A stretch of DNA of 64,000 nucleotides from a plasmid. The notes beneath the pieces are model-generated. The model worked only from the letters and a program-made list of their open reading frames with translations, was not told where the DNA came from and searched no databases. Location of the stretch: NCBI RefSeq assembly GCF_054482595.1, contig NZ_JBTHVH010000001.1. One strand, written 5' to 3'. Position numbers and translations under genes: made by a program. Below are positions 62,101-64,000 of the stretch, piece after piece (positions within the stretch are counted from its first letter, which is position 1; each line of letters begins with the position of its first letter).

Positions 62101-62916
62101 AGCACGTTCAGCACGGGCATCTTCCGCTGCGGCCTTACTCCCTGACTTTCCAATAAAACGACCACGCGCATCGCGTTGGTTTTGGCTTTTTTGCGCACCG
62201 CCTTTTTGATCGAACATTTCGCGAGCGTGTTCGGCTGCTTCGGTCCGTTGTGCCTTTATATCCTCTGGTATAGCCTTCCTGCGTCGTTTTTTACCCTTTG
62301 GTGTAGTTGATTTGGCCTGCTGTTCCTGTTGAGCAATGCCCTCCTGAACTACACGAGAAACGTCCCCTAAATTAAGCCGTTTCATTGCGTCAACAATAGG
62401 GTCTACTGATGGCGCATTGGCCACAAAGTCTGGCCGGGAATTTTCGATTGTTCGATTTAATGCCGACACACTGCGAGATACTGGGTCAACCGTTGCAACG
62501 CGTTCCCCTTTCAAATCACGAGCGAGTTTAACCGTTTCTAACCGCTGTGCTTTAACATCCTCTGTTATTGCCTCTCTTCGTCTATTTGGGGGATTGTGCG
62601 CTGTTGGTGCAGCCTGCTGTGCACGGTTAGTGACTTTGTCCTCCCGTATACGAGAAACGTCCCCTAAATTAAGCCGTTTTATTGCGTCAACAATAGGGTC
62701 CACTGATGGCGCATTGGTCACAAAGTCAGGACGTGAATTTTCGATTGTGCGATTTAATGCCGACACACTGCGAGAGACAGGATCAACAGTTGCAACTCGT
62801 TCCCCTTTCAAATCTTCAACAGCTTCCCGAATACCTGCAAGCTCTTCCAGCTCTTTCGCGCTGGCGGTTTCAACTGTCCTTATAACATCGTCAATATTGG
62901 CGTTTTTTCTTTCCAT
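59125..62916 (-). CDS. sit: Sit, structural injection transglycosylase (tape-measure-like, SLT domain)
   Basis: 1263 aa; SLT motif AIAATESGGNPYAKSQTGALGMFQF. Confidence 0.85.
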   Translation of the reverse strand: MERKNANIDDVIRTVETASAKELEELAGIREAVEDLKGERVATVDPVSRSVSALNRTIENSRPDFVTNAPSVDPIVDAIKRLNLGDVSRIREDKVTNRAQQAAPTAHNPPNRRREAITEDVKAQRLETVKLARDLKGERVATVDPVSRSVSALNRTIENSRPDFVANAPSVDPIVDAMKRLNLGDVSRVVQEGIAQQEQQAKSTTPKGKKRRRKAIPEDIKAQRTEAAEHAREMFDQKGGAQKSQNQRDARGRFIGKSGSKAAAEDARAERAEKARRKEDDERLNAESGLLKKLSKVAEGIGNPSETRAVDALGYAVAGPLWAAGKELGGISKEVGGSLNGARKSIADVIRGNDDNSRRKGFFRRKSQNSADVVQVNTQKRTVQELQEQTSEIKEGNDKILSALDQIAKNTGKKKGGLLSKLFSLLGKGAGGVASLLMGRGMLKKAGALAFGALGAKKLVGMLRGGGKKTIAHEGGDLAARAAGKLGLKAVGKGALRAIPLVGTVAGGIYDAVTGWNDTEAQRRAFGLKSGQDPSFQQKAAYTLANVLDMGGLVSGISSAIGEVLKSLGFEDIGNMLQSFSTESIAQAIDSGITNLETYISNLGDTISTKFEDYTAKIGDAVSAWFSDTSNKLLEKLDAIKDFFTVDNLKQVFSDAIDSAIDFIKNPGKHIKEAAGNIWDGVKNLPGKALDAAVDAVKNTPAAMIVSKIPNPIGEANAKEITPELKAPVNSEANAKEIAPQLKAPVNSEANAKEITPELKAPVNSHQETSDSKTESDAKQTNIVTRVINAALDTAKDSNKTVKETANQIINANAVETGNSALQKIDKAIGQNSSSSSSLNTTGTRSDIQKAADTYNNGRLDVKVGSLGSEGKANLDKLAPYFAELENKYGLPEGTLYAIAATESGGNPYAKSQTGALGMFQFTGIAREETGLAEGESFDPVKSAEAAALLMSKYLKQANGDLNEAITAYNAGFGTINKWKKGTGDLSKENREYAIKVNTHRARYLGGEIYTPGAGAQGGAQYGVRGPLPDNAVIDQSTGLAFTPGDSPFEKGGLVDKIGNAVGVNDLVNKFMNGRGMRREVVQGTLEERARGKGTATAAGNVYVDIPMPVEEARPVASNSSYFDQLGAQMGIDGLFDKLRNSPGMRKNNAPEPASTSKVTTAANDLQQPTGRMQIDGQVISDLGGSGAKPTMQLADNTVSLDGETKRLFAQMTSLLARIEEHTKDSAKGQGTVVKVSTPQPGVMRTVPLSIDDPLMNDYARVD

Positions 62917-62997
62917 GATCTTATCGCCTACCGTTTCGGTTTAAGTTTTTCTTCCAGTTTCTCCAACAGGAAAAACGCATAGGATTCAGTAAGCCTT

Positions 62998-63879
62998 TCA
63001 GCGTCCTGAATCGGTATACCCCCATACAAAACCAGGTTGGACACTAAGGTCTGATAGCTTTTCAATCCCCACCTGTGGAATGAAGTCGGTAGCCCGAAAG
63101 GGCACCCACAGACGGGTATATGCACCCTCTGTGGACTCCTTTTTATCCTGATTTGGGCATTTATGCGGCGGGAGACGAAGACGCATTTCACCTTTATCGA
63201 TGTAGCACGGTAAACCATGTTCGAGCTTTTCATGAGCCAGTCGGATGTGTGCCGCCAGCTTCATAAATTCAGTATCAATGGCCATCCGTTTAATCGTTTC
63301 ATAACGACGCTCAGCCTGATCTTCACGAGTACCGCTAACATCGTTATAAAGCTCACACTGATAAGCGAATTCCCAAAAACGCAAATCAACGATCGCTTCT
63401 TTGAATTCCGCGTCGTCTTCAGCTGGCAATGCTGCACGGCGCATCTCCAGCATTTCCATTGCCCAACCATCAAGCGGCACGATACGCCATTGATAAGGTA
63501 CTCCCTCTACAGACACCTCAATATCGTCAATGAAAGGTTCCACTTCCAGGACCTGGATATCTTCAGCCAGAGCATTCATATCGCAATCGTAATAATGCTC
63601 TTTACCGCAATGTTTACAGGTGTAGGTGAATGTCTCGACCGGTGTTTCACGGGAGCCGGTAAATATCCACCATAACGCGGTAATCCGGTCCTGCGCCGTC
63701 CATGTCAGGGGATCATGTTTCGCGGGTTCAGCCAGCAAGGCTTTTAAATACGCCGTTGTCTGTTGTTCTTGTTCCTCCGGTGTTATCGAGTTGAAACGCA
63801 TCGCATCAGCAATATTTGGCTGACGGAACTGGATCAATTCAGTTGGCCGCGATGGTAGCGGGAAAAGGGGTAAAAGCAT
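62998..63879 (-). CDS. PmgB-like protein
   Basis: Position upstream of sit. Confidence 0.4.
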   Translation of the reverse strand: MLLPLFPLPSRPTELIQFRQPNIADAMRFNSITPEEQEQQTTAYLKALLAEPAKHDPLTWTAQDRITALWWIFTGSRETPVETFTYTCKHCGKEHYYDCDMNALAEDIQVLEVEPFIDDIEVSVEGVPYQWRIVPLDGWAMEMLEMRRAALPAEDDAEFKEAIVDLRFWEFAYQCELYNDVSGTREDQAERRYETIKRMAIDTEFMKLAAHIRLAHEKLEHGLPCYIDKGEMRLRLPPHKCPNQDKKESTEGAYTRLWVPFRATDFIPQVGIEKLSDLSVQPGFVWGYTDSGR

Positions 63880-64000
63880 CCTTGCTCCTTAATTCAAAGA
63901 GAAAAACTAAAGCCCAGAAGGGAAGCCAAAGAACTTGAGGATTGGTTAAACGTGCTGTGCAATGCGAAGGTCATTGGGAATGACTTAAATTCCGTAACCT

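Overview
This 64-kb window reads as a contiguous segment of a P1-like (Punavirus) temperate phage-plasmid. All calls rest on reading the six-frame translations and the DNA by eye; no searches were run and identifications lean on memory of P1. Left to right: a block of plus-strand accessory/enzyme genes (VRR-NUC nuclease, Ser/Thr phosphatase, glycosyltransferase-like, HAD-like, ASCH-like, PAPS-reductase-like, DUF551-like), then hot, a LexA box with humD, phd-doc, pdcA/pdcB, lpa, pacA (with pac hexamer clusters) and pacB. Next comes the immunity core c1-coi, loxP (exact 34-bp site) and cre, followed by lxc-ulx-darB, prt-pro, lyz, ssb, isaA, the dar/lysis operon (hxr, ddrB, ddrA, darA, hdf, lydB, lydA), lydC, and the tail fibre/baseplate/sit genes. 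At least 14 C1-operator-like sites (ATTGCTCTAATAAATTT family) are scattered through the window. The most unusual content: (1) two diverged immI-like modules (c4-like structured antisense RNA, 73-aa icd-like ORF, antirepressor) in inverted orientation bracketing c1-coi-loxP-cre, each RNA carrying a different recognition sequence matched by a compensatory change at its own target on the icd Shine-Dalgarno; (2) a HipA-family kinase with fused N-terminal HTH in an AT-rich island where P1 carries IS1/isaB; (3) between cre and lxc, no res/mod genes, an MBL-fold hydrolase cargo gene and an apparent ref 3' remnant; (4) a 44-codon cin remnant with no alternative tail-fibre genes, next to a 1475-aa S protein with large internal repeats and a glycine-rich C-terminus. 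No rRNA, tRNA, CRISPR array or IS element was recognised.
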